This document shows positions 25,303 to 38,487 of a DNA stretch of 64,000 nucleotides, piece after piece. The DNA lies in contig NC_086108.1 of the NCBI RefSeq assembly GCF_963921235.1, positions 12,586,001 through 12,650,000 of the forward strand. Reading direction: 5' to 3'. The notes beneath the pieces are model-generated. The model had not been told where the DNA came from. It did no database searches and saw only the letters and a list, made by a program, of their open reading frames with translations. Each line of letters begins with the position of its first letter. The stretch's first letter is position 1. Source of the DNA: Mobula hypostoma. Taxonomy: Eukaryota. Both the position numbers and the translations under genes were made by a program.

Positions 25303-27966
25303 ATAGAACATAGAATAGTACACCACAGTACAGGCCCTTTGGCCCACAATGTTATGCTGACCCTCAAACCTGCCTCCCACATAACCCCCCACCTTAAATT
25401 CCTCCATATACCTGTCTAGTAGTCTCTTAAATTTCACTAGTGTATCTGCCTCCATCACTGACTCAGGCAGTGCATTCCACGCACCAACCACTCTCTGAGT
25501 AAAAAACCTTCCTCTAATATCTGCCTTGAACTTCCCACCCCTTACCTTAAAGCCATTTAAACCAGGCAGCATCCTGGTAAATCTCCTCTGTACCCTTTCC
25601 AATGCTTCCACATCCTTCCTATAGTGAGGCGACCAGAACTGGACACAGTACTCCAAGTGTGGCCTAACCAGAGTTTTATCGAGCTGCATCATTACATCGC
25701 GACTCTTAAACTCTATCCCTCAGCTTATGAAAGCTAACACCCCAGAAGCTTTCTTAACTACCCTATCCACCTGTGAGGCAACTTTCAGGGATCTGTGGAC
25801 ATGTACCCCCAGATCCCTCTACTCCTCCACACTACCAAGTATCCTGCCATTTACTTTGTACTCTGCCTTGGAGTTTGTCCTTCCAAAGTGTACCACCTCA
25901 CACTTCTCCAGGTTGAATTCCATCTGCCACTTCTCAGCCCACTTCTGCATCCTATCAATGTCTCTCTGCAATCTTTGACAATCCTCTACATTATCCACAA
26001 CACCACCAACCTTTGTGTTGTCTGCAAACTTGCCAACCCACCCTTCTACCCCCACATCCAGGTCGTTAATAAAAATCGCGAAAAGTAGAGGTCCCAGAAC
26101 AGATCCTTGTGGGACACCACTAGTCACAATCCTCCAATCTGAATATACTCCCTCCACCACCACCCTCTGCCTTCTGCAGGCAAGCCAATTCTGAATCCAC
26201 CTGGCCAAACTTCCCTGGATCCCGTGCCTTCTGACTTTCTGAATAAGCCTACCGTGTGGAACCTTGTCAAATGCCCTACTAAAATCCATATAGATCACAT
26301 CCACTGCACTACCCTCATCTATATGCCTGGTCACCTCCTCAAAGAACTCTATCAGGCTTGTTAGACACAATCTGCCCTTCACAAAGCCATGCTGACTGTC
26401 CCTGATCAGACCATGATTCTCTAAATGCCCACAGATCCTATCTCTAAGAATCTTCTCCAACAGCTTTCCCACCACAGACGCAAGGCTCACTGTTCTATAA
26501 TTACCCGGACTATCCCTATTACCTTTTTTGAACAAGGGGACAACATTCGCCTCCCTCCAATCCTCCGGTACCATTCCCGTGGACAACGAGGACATAAAGA
26601 TCCTAGCCAGAGGCTCAGCAATCTCTTCCCTCGCCTTGTGGAGCAGCCTGGGGAATATTCCGTCAGGCCCCGGGGACTTATCCGTCCTAATGTATTTTAA
26701 CAACTCCAACACCTCCTCTCCCTTCATATCAACATGCTCCAGAACATCAACCTCACTCATATTGTCCTCACCATCAAGTTCCCTCTCATTGGTGAATACC
26801 GAAGAGAAGTATTCATTGAGGGCCTCGCTCACTTCCACAGCCTCCAGGCACATCTTCCCACCTTTATCTCTAATTGGTCCTACCTTCACTCCTGACATCC
26901 TTTTGTTTTTCACATAATTGAAGAATGCCTTGGGGTTTTCCTTTACCCTACTCGCCAAGGCCTTCTCATGCCCCCTTCTTGCTCTTCTCAGCCCCTTCTT
27001 AAGCTCCTTTCTTGCTTCCCTATATTCCTCAATAGACCCATCTGATCCTTGCTTCCTTAACCTCATGTATGCTGCCTTCTTCCACCTGACTAAATTTTCC
27101 ACCTCACTTGTCACCCATGGTTCCTTCACCCTACCATTCTTTATCTTCCTCACCAGGACAAATTTATCCCTTAAGTCCTGCAAAAGATCTCTAAACATCG
27201 ACCACATGTCCATAGTACATTTCCCTGCAAAAACATCATCCCAATTCACACCCACAAGTTCTAGCCTTATAGCCTCATAATTTGCCCTTCCCCACTTAAA
27301 AGTTTTCCTGTCCTCTCTGATTCTATCCTTTTCCATGTTAATGCTAAAGGCCAGGGAGCGGTGGTCACTGTCGCCCAGATGCTCAGCCACTGAGAGATCT
27401 GTGACCTGACCCGGTTCATTACCTAGTACTAGATCTAGTATGGCATTCCCCCTAGTCAGCCTGTCCACATACTGTGACAGGAATCCGTCCTGGACACACT
27501 TAACAAACTCTGCCCCATCTAAAACCTTGGAATTAATCAGGTGCCAATCAATATTAGGGAAGTTAAAGTCACCCACAACAACCCTGTTATTTCTGCACCT
27601 TTCCAAAATCTGCCTCCCAATCTGGGGGCCGAAAGAATACCCCCAATAGAGTAACTGCTCCCTTCCTCTTCCTGACTTCCACCCATACTAACTCAAAAGA
27701 GGATCTTGCTACATTACCCACCCTTTCTGTAGCTGTAATAGTATCCCTGACCAGTAATGCCACCCCTCCTCCCCTTTTTTCTGCCCTCTGTATCGCTTTT
27801 AAAGCACTGAAATCCAGGAATATTGAGAATCCATTCCTGCCCTGGTGCCAGCCAAGTCTCTGTAATGGCCACTACATCATAATTCCATGTATGTATCCAA
27901 GCTCTCAGTTCATCACCTTTGTTCCTGATGCTTCTTGCATTGAGGTACACACATTTCAGCCCTTCT
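25303..27966 (-). pseudogene. CR1 ORF2: APE endonuclease plus reverse transcriptase, disrupted
   Basis: YLNARSIRNK, AITETW, GDFNFP, SDH, then RT motifs in the 595-aa ORF 25819-27606; catalytic motif reads FADN. Confidence 0.92.
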
Positions 27967-28093
27967 ACCTTACTACCTTTACACCCTTTATTCTGCTTCT
28001 TTTTCCTCAAAGCCTGTCTATATGTTAGATCTGGCTTTACTCCATGCACTTCTTTCACTGCTCTATCGCTCTGGGTCCCGTCCCCCTTGCAAA

Positions 28094-29026
28094 TTAGTTT
28101 AAACCCTCCTGAACCATGCTAGCAAACCTACCTGCAAGGATATTGCTCCCCCTCGAGTTCAGGTGCAACCCATCCAATCTGTACAGGTCCCACCTTCCCC
28201 AGAAGAGATCCCAATGATCTGAAAATCTAAAACCCTGCTCCCTGCACCAACTCCTCAGCCACGCATTCAACTGCCATCTCCTCCAATCACTGTCACGTAG
28301 CACTGGCAGCAATCCTGAGAACGCCACCCTCGAGGTCCTGTTCTTCAGCCTTCTGCCTAGTTCCCAAAACTCACACTTCAGGACCTCATGCCTCTTCCTG
28401 CCTATGTCGTTAGTCCCAAAATATTATCACGACTTCTGGTTGCTTTCCCTCTCGTACCAGGATGTCGTGCACCCGGTCAGAGACATCCCGGACCCCGGCA
28501 CCTGGGAGGCAACAAACCATGAGGGTGTCCTTCTCACGTCCACAAAATCTCCTGTCTGCTTCCCTGACTATAGAGTCTCCAATGACGACAGCTCTCCTCT
28601 TCTCCGTCCCACCCTTCTGCACCACAGGGTCAGACTCAGTGCCAGAGGCCCTGCCACCGTGGCTCACAACTGGTCGGTCGTCCCCGCCAACAGTATCCAG
28701 GACGGTAAACTTATTATTCAGGGGAATGGCTACAGGGGTGCTCTGCACTACCTGTCTGCTCACCTTCGCTTTCCCCCTCTGACTGTCACCCAACGACCTG
28801 CTTCTGACAGCCTAGGTGTGACTATCTCTCTGTAGCTCTCATCTATGACTGCCTCATTCTCCCTTATGAGTCGAAGGTCATCCAGCTGCTGCTCCAGATT
28901 CCTTACATGATCTCCCAGATCGCCCAGTCGTATGTACTTCTGGCAGATGTGACTCTGCGGGAGAGGGGCATTCCCCCAAGACTGCCACATATCACATGAG
29001 AGGCACATCACCATCTCAGGAGACAT
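28094..29026 (-). pseudogene. CR1 ORF1: Zn-finger/coiled coil plus SGNH esterase, frameshifted
   Basis: CLSCDMW...LEQQL; VIGDSIVR, CCLPGA and DGLHLN motifs. Confidence 0.88.
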
Positions 29027-29689
29027 TGTAAAGACTAACTGCGAGCAAGCTCGTCCTCCGCCTCTTCTCGTTGAAGCCTCTCAAGTCAAAGCCTCAAAGC
29101 TCCACTCCTTCACTGGCCCACTCACGCACTGGCCGCTTTCCACAGGCCACTTCACTTGAGCTATCCCTCTATTTATCTGTTTGAGCTTTTCAAAATGTTT
29201 GGTCACCTGACCTCGACTGCCCAATCAGCTGCTTTCTGCTGAGTGTGAGCTATTCAAATCTTGATTGTCTAATCAACGGCTTTCTGCTGAAATCTTTGAG
29301 TGATTATGCAGAAAGTTTGAAGTTAATAACTCATCTCCTTCTACCTTAGGCCATGAACTTATTAATCTCCCCTCGTAAGCAAATAGCATTCAGAACAAAA
29401 GCGAGCCCACAGACTCGAAGAACAGAGCAGGCCTTGGCCTCAGGCTCAGTTCAGCAGAGAGCTGAGCAAACATCACGGTGCAGTGAGCAGAACTGGGTCA
29501 ACTATCACCTCCTGTCCTGACACCCTGCCCTTACAATCCATCTGCCCCAACCATCAGTTCAATCCTCGCACAAGGACACAGGTCCTGTCGCATCGATACA
29601 CTCTGGGCCTGGACGCCACTGGCAGGCTTCGGCCTGTAACTGACCTTTCCAAATCAGCCTGCTGCTTAGATGGGATTGAATCTTTCAGT

Positions 29690-32002
29690 CGTAGAAAAGT
29701 ATATCACAGAAACAGGCCATTCAGCCCATCTAGTCTATGCCAAGGCATGTAAACTGCCTACTCCCATCGACCTACACCCAGACTATATCCCTTCCATCCG
29801 TGTCCCTATCAAAACTACTCTTAAACATTGAAATCGAGCTCATTCCACACTCTCACCACCCTCTGAGTGAAGAAATTTCCCCTCATGTTCCTCTTAAACT
29901 TTTCACCTTTCACTCTTAACATATGACCTCTCGTTGTAGACCCACACAACCCCAGTGGAAAAAAGCTGCTTACATTTACCCTATCTATACCTCTTATAAT
30001 TTTGTATACCCCTATCAAATCTCCCCTCTTATCTTCTACTTTCCAAGTAAAAGTCCTAATCTGTTCAATCTTTCCTTATAATTCAGGTCCTCTAGACTTG
30101 GCAACATTCTTGTAAATTTTCTCTGTACTCTTTCAACCTTGTTTACATCTTTCCTGCAGGTTGGTGACCAAAACTACACACGATACTCCAAATTAAGCCT
30201 CACCAACGCCTTATACAACTTCAACATAACATGGCACCTTCTGTCCTCAGTACTTTGATTTATGAAGGCCAGTGTGCTGAAAGCTTTTGTTATGTCATAG
30301 TTATAGTCATACTTTATTGATCCTGGGGAAATTGGTTTTCGTTACAGTTGCACCATAAATAATTAAATAGTAATAAAACCATAAATAGTTAAATAGTAAT
30401 ATGTAAATTATGCCAGTAAATTGTGAAATAAGTCCAGGACCAGCCTATTGGCTCAGGGTGTCTGACCCTCCAAGGGAGGAATTGTAAAGTTTGTTGGCCA
30501 CAGGCAGGAATGACTTCCTATGACGCTCTGTGTTGCATCTCGGTGGAATGAGTCTCTGGCTGAATGTACTCCTGTGCCCAACCAGTACATTATGTAGCAG
30601 ATGGGAGATGTTGTCCAAGATGGCATGCAACTTGGACAGCATCCTCTTTTCAGACACCACCGTGAGAGAGTCCAGTTCCATCCCCACAATATCACTGGCC
30701 TTATGAATGAGTTTGTTGATTCTGTTGGTGTCTGCTACCCTCAGCCTGCTGCCCCAGCACACAACAGCAAACATGATCGCACTGGCCATCGCAGACTCAT
30801 AGAACGTCCTCAGCATCATCTGGCAGATGTTAAAGGACCTCAGTCTCCTCAGGAAATAGAGACGGCTCTGACCCTTCTTGTAGACAGCTTCAGTGTTCTT
30901 TGACCAGTCCAGTTTATTGTCAATTCGTATCCCCAGGTATTTGTAATCCTCCACCATGTCCACACTGACCCCCTGGATGGAAACCCTTAGCTCTCCTCAG
31001 GTCTATCACCAGCTCCTTAGTCTTTTTCACATTAAGCTGCAGATAATTCTGCTCACACCATGTGACAAAGTTTCCTACCATAGCCCTGTACTCAGCCTCA
31101 TCTCCCTTGCTGATGCATCCAACTATGGGAGAGTCATCAGAAAACTTCTGAAGATGACAAGACTCTGTGCAGTAGTTGAAGTCCGAGGTGTAAATGGTGA
31201 AGAGAAAGGGAGACAAGACAGTCCCCTGTGGAGCCCCAGTGCTGCTGATCACTCTGTCGGACACACAGTGTTGCAAGCACACGTACTGTGGTCTGCCAGT
31301 CAGGTAATCAAGAATCCATGATACCAGGAAAGCATCCACCTGCATTGCTGTCAGCTTCTCCCCCAGCAGAGCAGGGTGGATGGTGTTGAACGCACTGGAG
31401 AAGTCAAAAAACATGACCCTCACAGTGCTCGCTGGCTTGTCCAGGTGGGCATAGACACGGTTCAGCAGGTAGATGATGGCATCTTCAACTCCTAGTCGGC
31501 GAACTGGAGGGGATCTAAGTGTGGCCTGACCATAGGCCGGAGCAGTTCCAGAACAAGTCTCTCCAGGGTCTTCATGATGTAAGAGGTCAATGCCACAGGT
31601 CTGTAGTCATTGAAGCCGCTGGGGCGCAGCGTCTTCGGCACAGGGACGAGGCAGGACATCTTCCACAGTACAGGAACCCTCCGGAGTCTCAGGCTCAGGT
31701 TGAAGATATGGCGAAGTACTCCACATAGCTGAGGGGCACAGGCTTTGAGCACCCTGGTACTGACACTATCCGGTCCTGCAGCGTTGCTTGGGTTGAGACG
31801 TTTCAGCTGTCTTCTCACCTGTTCAGCTGTGAAGCCCACCGTGGTGGTTTCGTGTGGGGAAGGGGTATAGTCATGAGAGCAGTGTGGGGGACTGTGAAGA
31901 GGGGTAGGAGGGGAGAGATATGACTATCTACCTGTGATACCACCTTCAATGAAATATGTACCTGTATTCCCAGATCGCTTAGTTCTACCACACTCCTCAG
32001 CT
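29690..32002 (-). mobile_element. CR1 3' fragment (29690-30294 and 31919-32002) split by Rex1
   Basis: GNFFTQRVV remnant; continuity across the insertion with TATG duplication. Confidence 0.8.
30295..31918 (-). mobile_element. Rex1/Babar LINE, 5'-truncated RT
   Basis: DYRPVALTS, FFDFSSAFNTI, GAPQGTVLSPFLF, KFSDD; (TATGAC)n tail; TSD TATG (30291-30294, 31919-31922). Confidence 0.93.
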
Positions 32003-32621
32003 TGATCAAACCTCTCTCTCCATTTAGGTGGCTGGGCCACGAATCTGCTTCTCATCCACTATGACGTTGCTCTGCTCCGCTCGACCCAACTTTGCCTCAA
32101 ATATGCCTCAACCTCGCCTCGACTTTGCCTTGAACGTGTCACTTCACTTCTGCCCTGAAAGAAAAATGATTCCTTTCCTTCCACAGATGTGGCTCAACTT
32201 GAATTCCACCAGCAAAACTTTCTTTTCTCCAGATTCCAGCATCTGCAGTCTCTGTCTTTCCTATTATCCCTCCCTGGGCACACTTAGGGAATCATGAATG
32301 GGAGTGGTTCATTGCTCCCTGTTCCTCTCTCACCTTTTGATATAATTTTCTTTGGCCAAGTATAGGATGAATTAAATGACGCTCGTCAAACTCAAAATAA
32401 GGGTTCAAATTAACTTTAAGAAAACAAAGTCCCTCCTCTAGTCTCCCCACCCCCACCCCAGCAGAATTAGTTTCTTGGTGTGAACCTACACAATTTGGTC
32501 ATCTTGGTCATCTTTCTGTCCTGGGATTCTTTCTCTTTGTAGCTCCCTCACCCCTTTCTTGGGCATGGTCAAGCACAGTGAAATGTGCCTTCACATCTAT
32601 GAATTAGTACATCTTTGACTG

Positions 32622-33202
32622 CAGAGATTTGGCATGACATCTAAAACTTTGACAGACTTCTATAGATGTGTGAGAGTGTACTGACTGGCAGCATCACGGC
32701 CTGGTATGGGAAAAGCAATGCCTTTGAACAGAAAACCCTACAAAAGGTAGTGGATTCGGCCCAGGACATCATGGGTAAAGCCCTCCCCACCATTGAGCAC
32801 ATCTATATGAAACGTTGTCATCGGAAAGCAGCATCCATCAACCGAGGTCCCCACCAGCCAGGTCAGGCTCTTTTCTCACTGTAGCCATCAGGTAGAAGGT
32901 ACAGGAGTCTCAGGACTCACATCATGAGGCTCTGGAACAGTTACTACCCCTCAATCATCAGGCTCTTGAACAAATGGGGATAACTACTCTCACTTGCCCC
33001 ATCATTGAAATATTCCCACAACCAATAATCTCACTTTAAGGACTCCTTATCTCATTATCTCATGCTCTCGTTATTTATTGCTATTTATTTGTACCTGCAC
33101 CTGCACAGTTTGTTGTCTTCTGCATATGCCCACAGGAAAATGAATCTCAGGGTTGTATATGGTGACATATATGAATTTCAAACTTACTTTGAACTTTGAA
33201 CT
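32622..33202 (+). mobile_element. Rex-like LINE 3' fragment
   Basis: ESVLTGSITAWYG remnant; (ACTTTGA)n tail. Confidence 0.8.
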
Positions 33203-34059
33203 TACTTCTTCAGGTGCAAGACTAACAATGTCAAGAGGTCATAACTTCAAAATCCTGATCTGCATCACATCTGCTGCTCCCTTGTGGCCCAGGACTTCAA
33301 ACTAGTCGATTGTCATGTAACCTTTAGGTTATTCTTCCCAGTCCAGCCCACGTGCACTACAGAGCCACAGCAGTAACTCCAGTCCAAAATGACACAGCAA
33401 GACTCGGCTAAAGGTGTTCAAGGTTTGACCTTGCCAAACACAGCCAACACTCCCTTTATTGAAGAATATGAAGCCACAGGTGCAGCTCATCAGCAGAGAC
33501 AGGATGCTCCTTACAGAAGATGGTATCATGTCTACTCTATACTTTCCCTGGACCTTTATCTTCTCCTCTCACTCCTTCTTCAGTCACTTTCCTTCTATAA
33601 CATTGGACCACAGAGATAATGCTTCCTGAATACTCATAGGTGTACCTTGTGGATTTTGGGCTGCTGATCATGAAAATCACCATGAAATTTCCCTATCACA
33701 CACCATTTTTTTAAAATCACCTATATTTGTTATTTCAATTCATTATTCAAGTTGGAATAACAGATGCAAAGATTAAGAAAGGCATTTTTGTTGGTTCACA
33801 AATCAAACAGGTCATCAATGACAGGCAATTCAAAGAACTTCTACTGGGACCGGAGAAAATCAAATGGAAGGCACTCGAGGATGTTGCCGAAAATTTTCTT
33901 GGCAACCACAGAGCACCAAACTACATGCAGCTAGTTGATAACATACTTCAAGCGTACAAAACCATGAAGCACAACATGTCACTGAAGATTAATTGTCTGC
34001 ATTCTCATTTAGACTTATTCCCTGAAAATCCTGGTGCTGACAGGTTTCACTAGGACATT

Positions 34060-36327
34060 TAGTCCGTGAGCCAGTAGGGTTGGTACCTTCTGCGGGGAAT
34101 AATGCTCATAGTGATTTTTGGCAAGGTATACATCTCTAGAGTTAGAAAATATGTGTACGGGTTCTAGTGCCACACTTCCGGAACAATAGGGCCTCAATCT
34201 TGTCACAAAATGCTAAAGACATGATAACGACATCTGTGACTTCTGAGCAGATCAACTCAGATTGGTATCCCTCTCTTGTGGCATAGGCAGCATGGAGAAG
34301 TAGGCGGCCACCTGCTTCTTTTTGTTGACACTGAAGAGCTGACACCTCCTCACTGTCTTGGGATGTGATTCTGTAACATTTGTCATTCACAGTTACATAC
34401 AGAATCTTCTCCTGTAGCCTTGCTCTGTACTCCGCCTTCCTCCATTCATGGACTATGAAGCTAATGAGAGTATTTTTGTTACTGACTTTGGTCAGGAAGC
34501 TCCTCCACTGCTTCACCATCTGTGTGCCTGTGATACCTTACAATTCATGACCAGTCTCTTCACCCCGTAGAGATCCTTCATTATTCTTGATAGAGTTCTC
34601 CTTGTATGAGTCAAACACAACATCTATTCTGCTACTCTGACTGACTTCCCTCACAGCCATACCCAGGATTGTTGTGGCAACACCCCTGAAAGTAACTTGA
34701 TCACCTTTCACTCTTTGGACCAAGTTCATTCCATCAACCACTGTAGCAGAGTTTCCTGGGAGTTGCTCTTCTACTGCTACATTTTTCTGCAAGGTTGTAG
34801 CTAAAGTAGCTTTATTTGTCTTTCTCGGCAACCCTTCTGATGTGGACAGGGCCCAAGGCAATGGTCCAAGAGGATGAGAAAGGATATCCTCCATATGTAG
34901 ACTGCCCCCTTGTGCTATCACTATGATGCTTCCAAACAAGGACCAGTCTGCTTTCAAGATGATTGCCCTCCCATTTGATTTCACTTCTCTCTTCTTACAC
35001 ATATCACTGAATGTTTTCAGCTTGTTGGTTTTCACTGGGTCATGGAATTTCTTTGCTGGTGGGTCTTCCTCTAGTCTCTCATCCTTGAAGGTCGCATAGC
35101 ATTGCTCACCAATCTCATATGCCTTCATCAGGTCGGAGGCAATGTCCTTGGGGGCTGCCTTTGCCGTAGAGATGCTAATGAGGTCCCGATTCTCTGCAAA
35201 TGGGTTGACCCATTCATGTAACCACTGCTGAAACTGCCTCCTCATCTTTCTGGATTCTTTGCCGCTGTAACTCCACATGACAAAGCTCTGATTTGTTGCC
35301 TTGCACCATCTCCCTCAACTGTCCCAGGAATGCACTGCGATGCTCAGCTGTTATGTAGTAATGCTTGATAGCTCCAGCATTCAGGCTGAACTCTGATGTG
35401 CCTCCAGGAGTCTATGTGTCTTTGTTCACTGTGGCTTCAACAGCCTGGTCCACTGGGATCTGCCCAGAGGGGTTGTTACTTGGCAGCTGCACTGAGAATT
35501 GGCCTGTCTTGAAGGCCCCATACACAGAAGGATTCTTCTCTGGGAGGTTCATCATCTGAGCAAAGTAAGGGGACAGGTCATAGTCATAGTCATACTTTAT
35601 TGATCCCGGGGGAAATTGGTTTTCGTTACAGTTGCACCATAAATAATAAATAGTAATAAAACCATAAATAGTTAAATAGTAATATGTAAATTATACCAGT
35701 AAATTGTGAAATAAGTCCAGGACCAGCCTATTGGCTCAGGGTGTCTGACCCTCCAAGGGAGGAGTTGTAAAGTTTGATGGCCACAGGCAGGAATGACTTC
35801 CTATGACGCTCTGTGCTGCATCTCGGAGGAATGAGTCTCTGGCTGAATGTACTCCTGTGCCCAACCAGTACATTATGTAGTGGATGGGAGACATTGTCCA
35901 AGATGGCATGCAACTTGGACAGCATCCTCTTTTCAGACACCACCGTGACAGAGTCCAGTTCCATCCCCACAACATCACTGGCCTTACGAATGAGTTTGTT
36001 GATTCTGTTGGTGTCTGCTACCCTCAGCCTGCTGCCCCAGCACACAACAGCAAACATGATCGCACTGGCCACCACAGAGTCGTGCCACCCCTTACCTCCA
36101 CCGGTACCTGGCATAATTCATCTTATCATAGGCAAAGCACCATGGGATCATGGTTCTTACAGCGTGGAGGTGCATCTCCCAGTCCCCCTCACAGAAAGCT
36201 ACCACCGCTGCAATGCTATCACGTATTTTCTAGCACTAGGGGTGTATACCTTGCCAAAAATCACTCTAAGAATTATTCCCCCCAGATGGTACCGTGGCCT
36301 AAATTTGGGGTCCTGGCTCACGGATTA
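34060..36327 (-). mobile_element. Internally deleted Academ DNA transposon with XPG/FEN-like nuclease domain
   Basis: TAGTCCGTGAGCCAG...CTGGCTCACGGATTA termini extending to about 100-bp TIRs; 3-bp TSD ATT; motifs FAYDKMNYARY, VVDG, VVFDSY..NSIK, EAGGRLLLHA and SEVTDV. Confidence 0.85.
35578..36081 (-). mobile_element. Rex1/Babar 3' fragment inserted in Academ
   Basis: Near-identical to 30295-30800; (TATGAC)n tail; splits the NYARY|LSPYFAQM motif. Confidence 0.93.
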
Positions 36328-36869
36328 ATTGCAGTTATGGAGAAACAGGATCTGCCAATGCTGGCTGATTATTATTGGACACTGAACACAAATGAAAATC
36401 ATCAACAAAAATTTTAGCTTAGCTGAACTTTCACAAGGCATCAAGGCATCAATATGCAATTAATTACATTATACTCAACGAAAGTTAATTTCTTGTTTCT
36501 CCAAATTCTTACGTGATACAAGTAGTTTGAAATTATATTTGTGTTCATCTTCAAGCAGTCTATCATAAACAAAGATAAGTTCTGTGGAAGTAACACCCAT
36601 GAAAGAGTTTGTTGTCCAGTGTGATCGGATGGCTTGGCAGCACTAACTTCTTTGACTATGTCCATCTGTGGTGACTCTCTGAGCATGGGCAGAAGAACAA
36701 AAAGCTGAGGATGACGTTGACTGAAGTGTTGAAGATTCCAGTTTTAATACCTTGTGCCATCAAAGAAAGCCCTCTGAGTCAATGGAGAGGCATTTTGAAG
36801 GGATCTAGTCTAGCTTCCTTTTCCAACTGATATTAAAACCTTCAATGAAGTATTTTGTGATTTAGAACT

Positions 36870-37302
36870 TAGGACAGAAGACTACAGCTCAAGAACAGAA
36901 CCAGCTAAAAGACAAATAAAAAAAAACACCCAAACACTAATCCCTCCTACCTACACCATGTCCATATCCCTCCATCCTCCTCACATCCATGTGCCTATCC
37001 AAACATCTCTTAAAAGCCTCTAATGCTTTTGCCTCTACCCCCATAGTAGGCAACGCATTCCAGGCATCCACGACTCTGAGTAAAAAAACTTAACACTCAC
37101 ATCCCCCTTGAACCTACCCCTCTCACCGTCAATGCATGCCCTCTGGTATTAGATATTTCTACCCTGGGAAACAGATACTCCCTGTCCACTCTATCTCTGC
37201 CTCTCATAATCTATCAGATCCCCCTCAGCCTCCAGCACTCCATGAAAAACAACCCAAGTTTATCCTGACTTCCATGATAGCACATGCACTCTAAACCAGG
37301 AG
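36870..37302 (-). mobile_element. CR1 3' fragment
   Basis: Similar to the 3' end of the CR1 at 25303. Confidence 0.75.
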
Positions 37303-37667
37303 ATGAAGTCTGGGGAAGATCAACCATGATCATACTGAATGGTGGGATGGACTTGAGGGGCCAAGTGACCTACTCCTACCCTTATCTTGATTATTTATTT
37401 ATTGCGATACAGTGCTGAATAGGCCCTTCTGACCCTTTGAGCTGTGCTGCCCAGCAAACCGAGCGGAATTAAGGGACTGGATGGTGGGTTGGAGTCACAT
37501 CTCTACCAAAGGAGGTGGAAAGCATTGTGCTAACCATTGTGCCACTCCTTACCTCCACAAATGCCACCTGACCTGCTCAGATCTTACAGCATTCCGTGTT
37601 TCTGTTTAACATTTCAAATATTTTAACAACGCAGGTACATTAGTCATTGGTTGAACAATTCACAACA

Positions 37668-38335
37668 AGTTCATTTGAATTGACTTTATTACTTACATCC
37701 TTCATATACACGAGGAGTAAAAACCTTTACATTATGTCTCCATCTATATGTGCAATCTGAAATTTATAATAAATAGTATGTACAACAATATAACATAGAA
37801 ATACAGTTTTGTCAGCATGAATTAATCAGTCTGATAGCCTGGTGGAAGAAGCTGTCCTGGAGCCTGTTGGTCCTGGCTCTTGTGCTGTGGTGCCATTTCC
37901 CAGATGGAAGCAGCTGGAACAGTTTGTGGTTGGGGTGACTCAGGCCCCCAAGGATCCTTCAGGCCCTTTTTACACACCTGTCTTTGTAAATGTCCTGAAT
38001 CATGGGAAGTTCACATCCGCAGATGCGCTGGGCTGTCCACACCACTCTCTGCAGAGTCCTGCAATTAAGGGGGTACAGTTCCCATACCAGGCAGTGATGC
38101 AGCCAGTCAGGATGCTCTCAATTGTGCCCCTGTAGAAAGTTCTTAGGATTTGGGGGACCATATCAAACCTCTTCAAACTTCTGAGGGAAAAGCGGCGCTG
38201 TTGTGCCTTTTTCACCACACAATCAGTATGTACAGACCATGTGAGTATGCCAAGGAATTTAAAGCTATTCACCCTCTCAACCCCAGATCCATTGATGTCA
38301 ATAGGGGTTAGCCTGTCTCCATTCCTCCTGTAGTC
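37668..38335 (-). mobile_element. Rex-like LINE 3' fragment
   Basis: VERVNSFKFLG, FYRGTIESILTGCITAWYG. Confidence 0.85.
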
Positions 38336-38487
38336 CAGTGATAATGCGTAATTCATAATGTCTCCAAGCTCAGCCATTGCCTGGATTCCTGAAGTGAGGG
38401 AAACCTGGGGTTTTAGTGACAGAGGCATTTGCAGAAGACATTTTAACTTGCAGTAATTTATGTAATAAATACAATCAGAATTGGAAT

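Larger units (their letters stand above)
25303..29292 (-). mobile_element. Near full-length CR1 LINE (5' UTR, ORF1, ORF2, 3' tail), with internal deletions
   Basis: ORF1 and APE-RT ORF2 remnants in order; (TTCTATG)n tail at 25303. Confidence 0.95.
25061..29377. mobile_element. Non-autonomous mariner-type MITE split by a CR1
   Basis: TA|CGAGGGGTGATTGATAAGTTCGTGGC...GCCATGAACTTATTAATCTCCCCTCG|TA terminal inverted repeats with TA TSD; arms 25061-25302 and about 29293-29377. Confidence 0.88.
33601..36621 (+). mobile_element. Internally deleted Chapaev3 (CMC) DNA transposon, split by an Academ element
   Basis: Termini CATTGGACCACA...TTGTTGTCCAGTG with TAA/TGA flanks; transposase C-terminus AKIKKGIFVG..NFLGN..NMSLKI..LHSHLD.FPEN..RFH*DI|AVMEK..MLADYYW continuous across the insert. 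Confidence 0.85.

Noticed and set aside
33727..34053. RAG1/ProtoRAG-like recombinase linked to the CACAGTG array
   Set aside because: The motifs and termini fit ordinary Chapaev3; there is no RAG2-like ORF, no RSS nonamer and nothing connects it to the satellite
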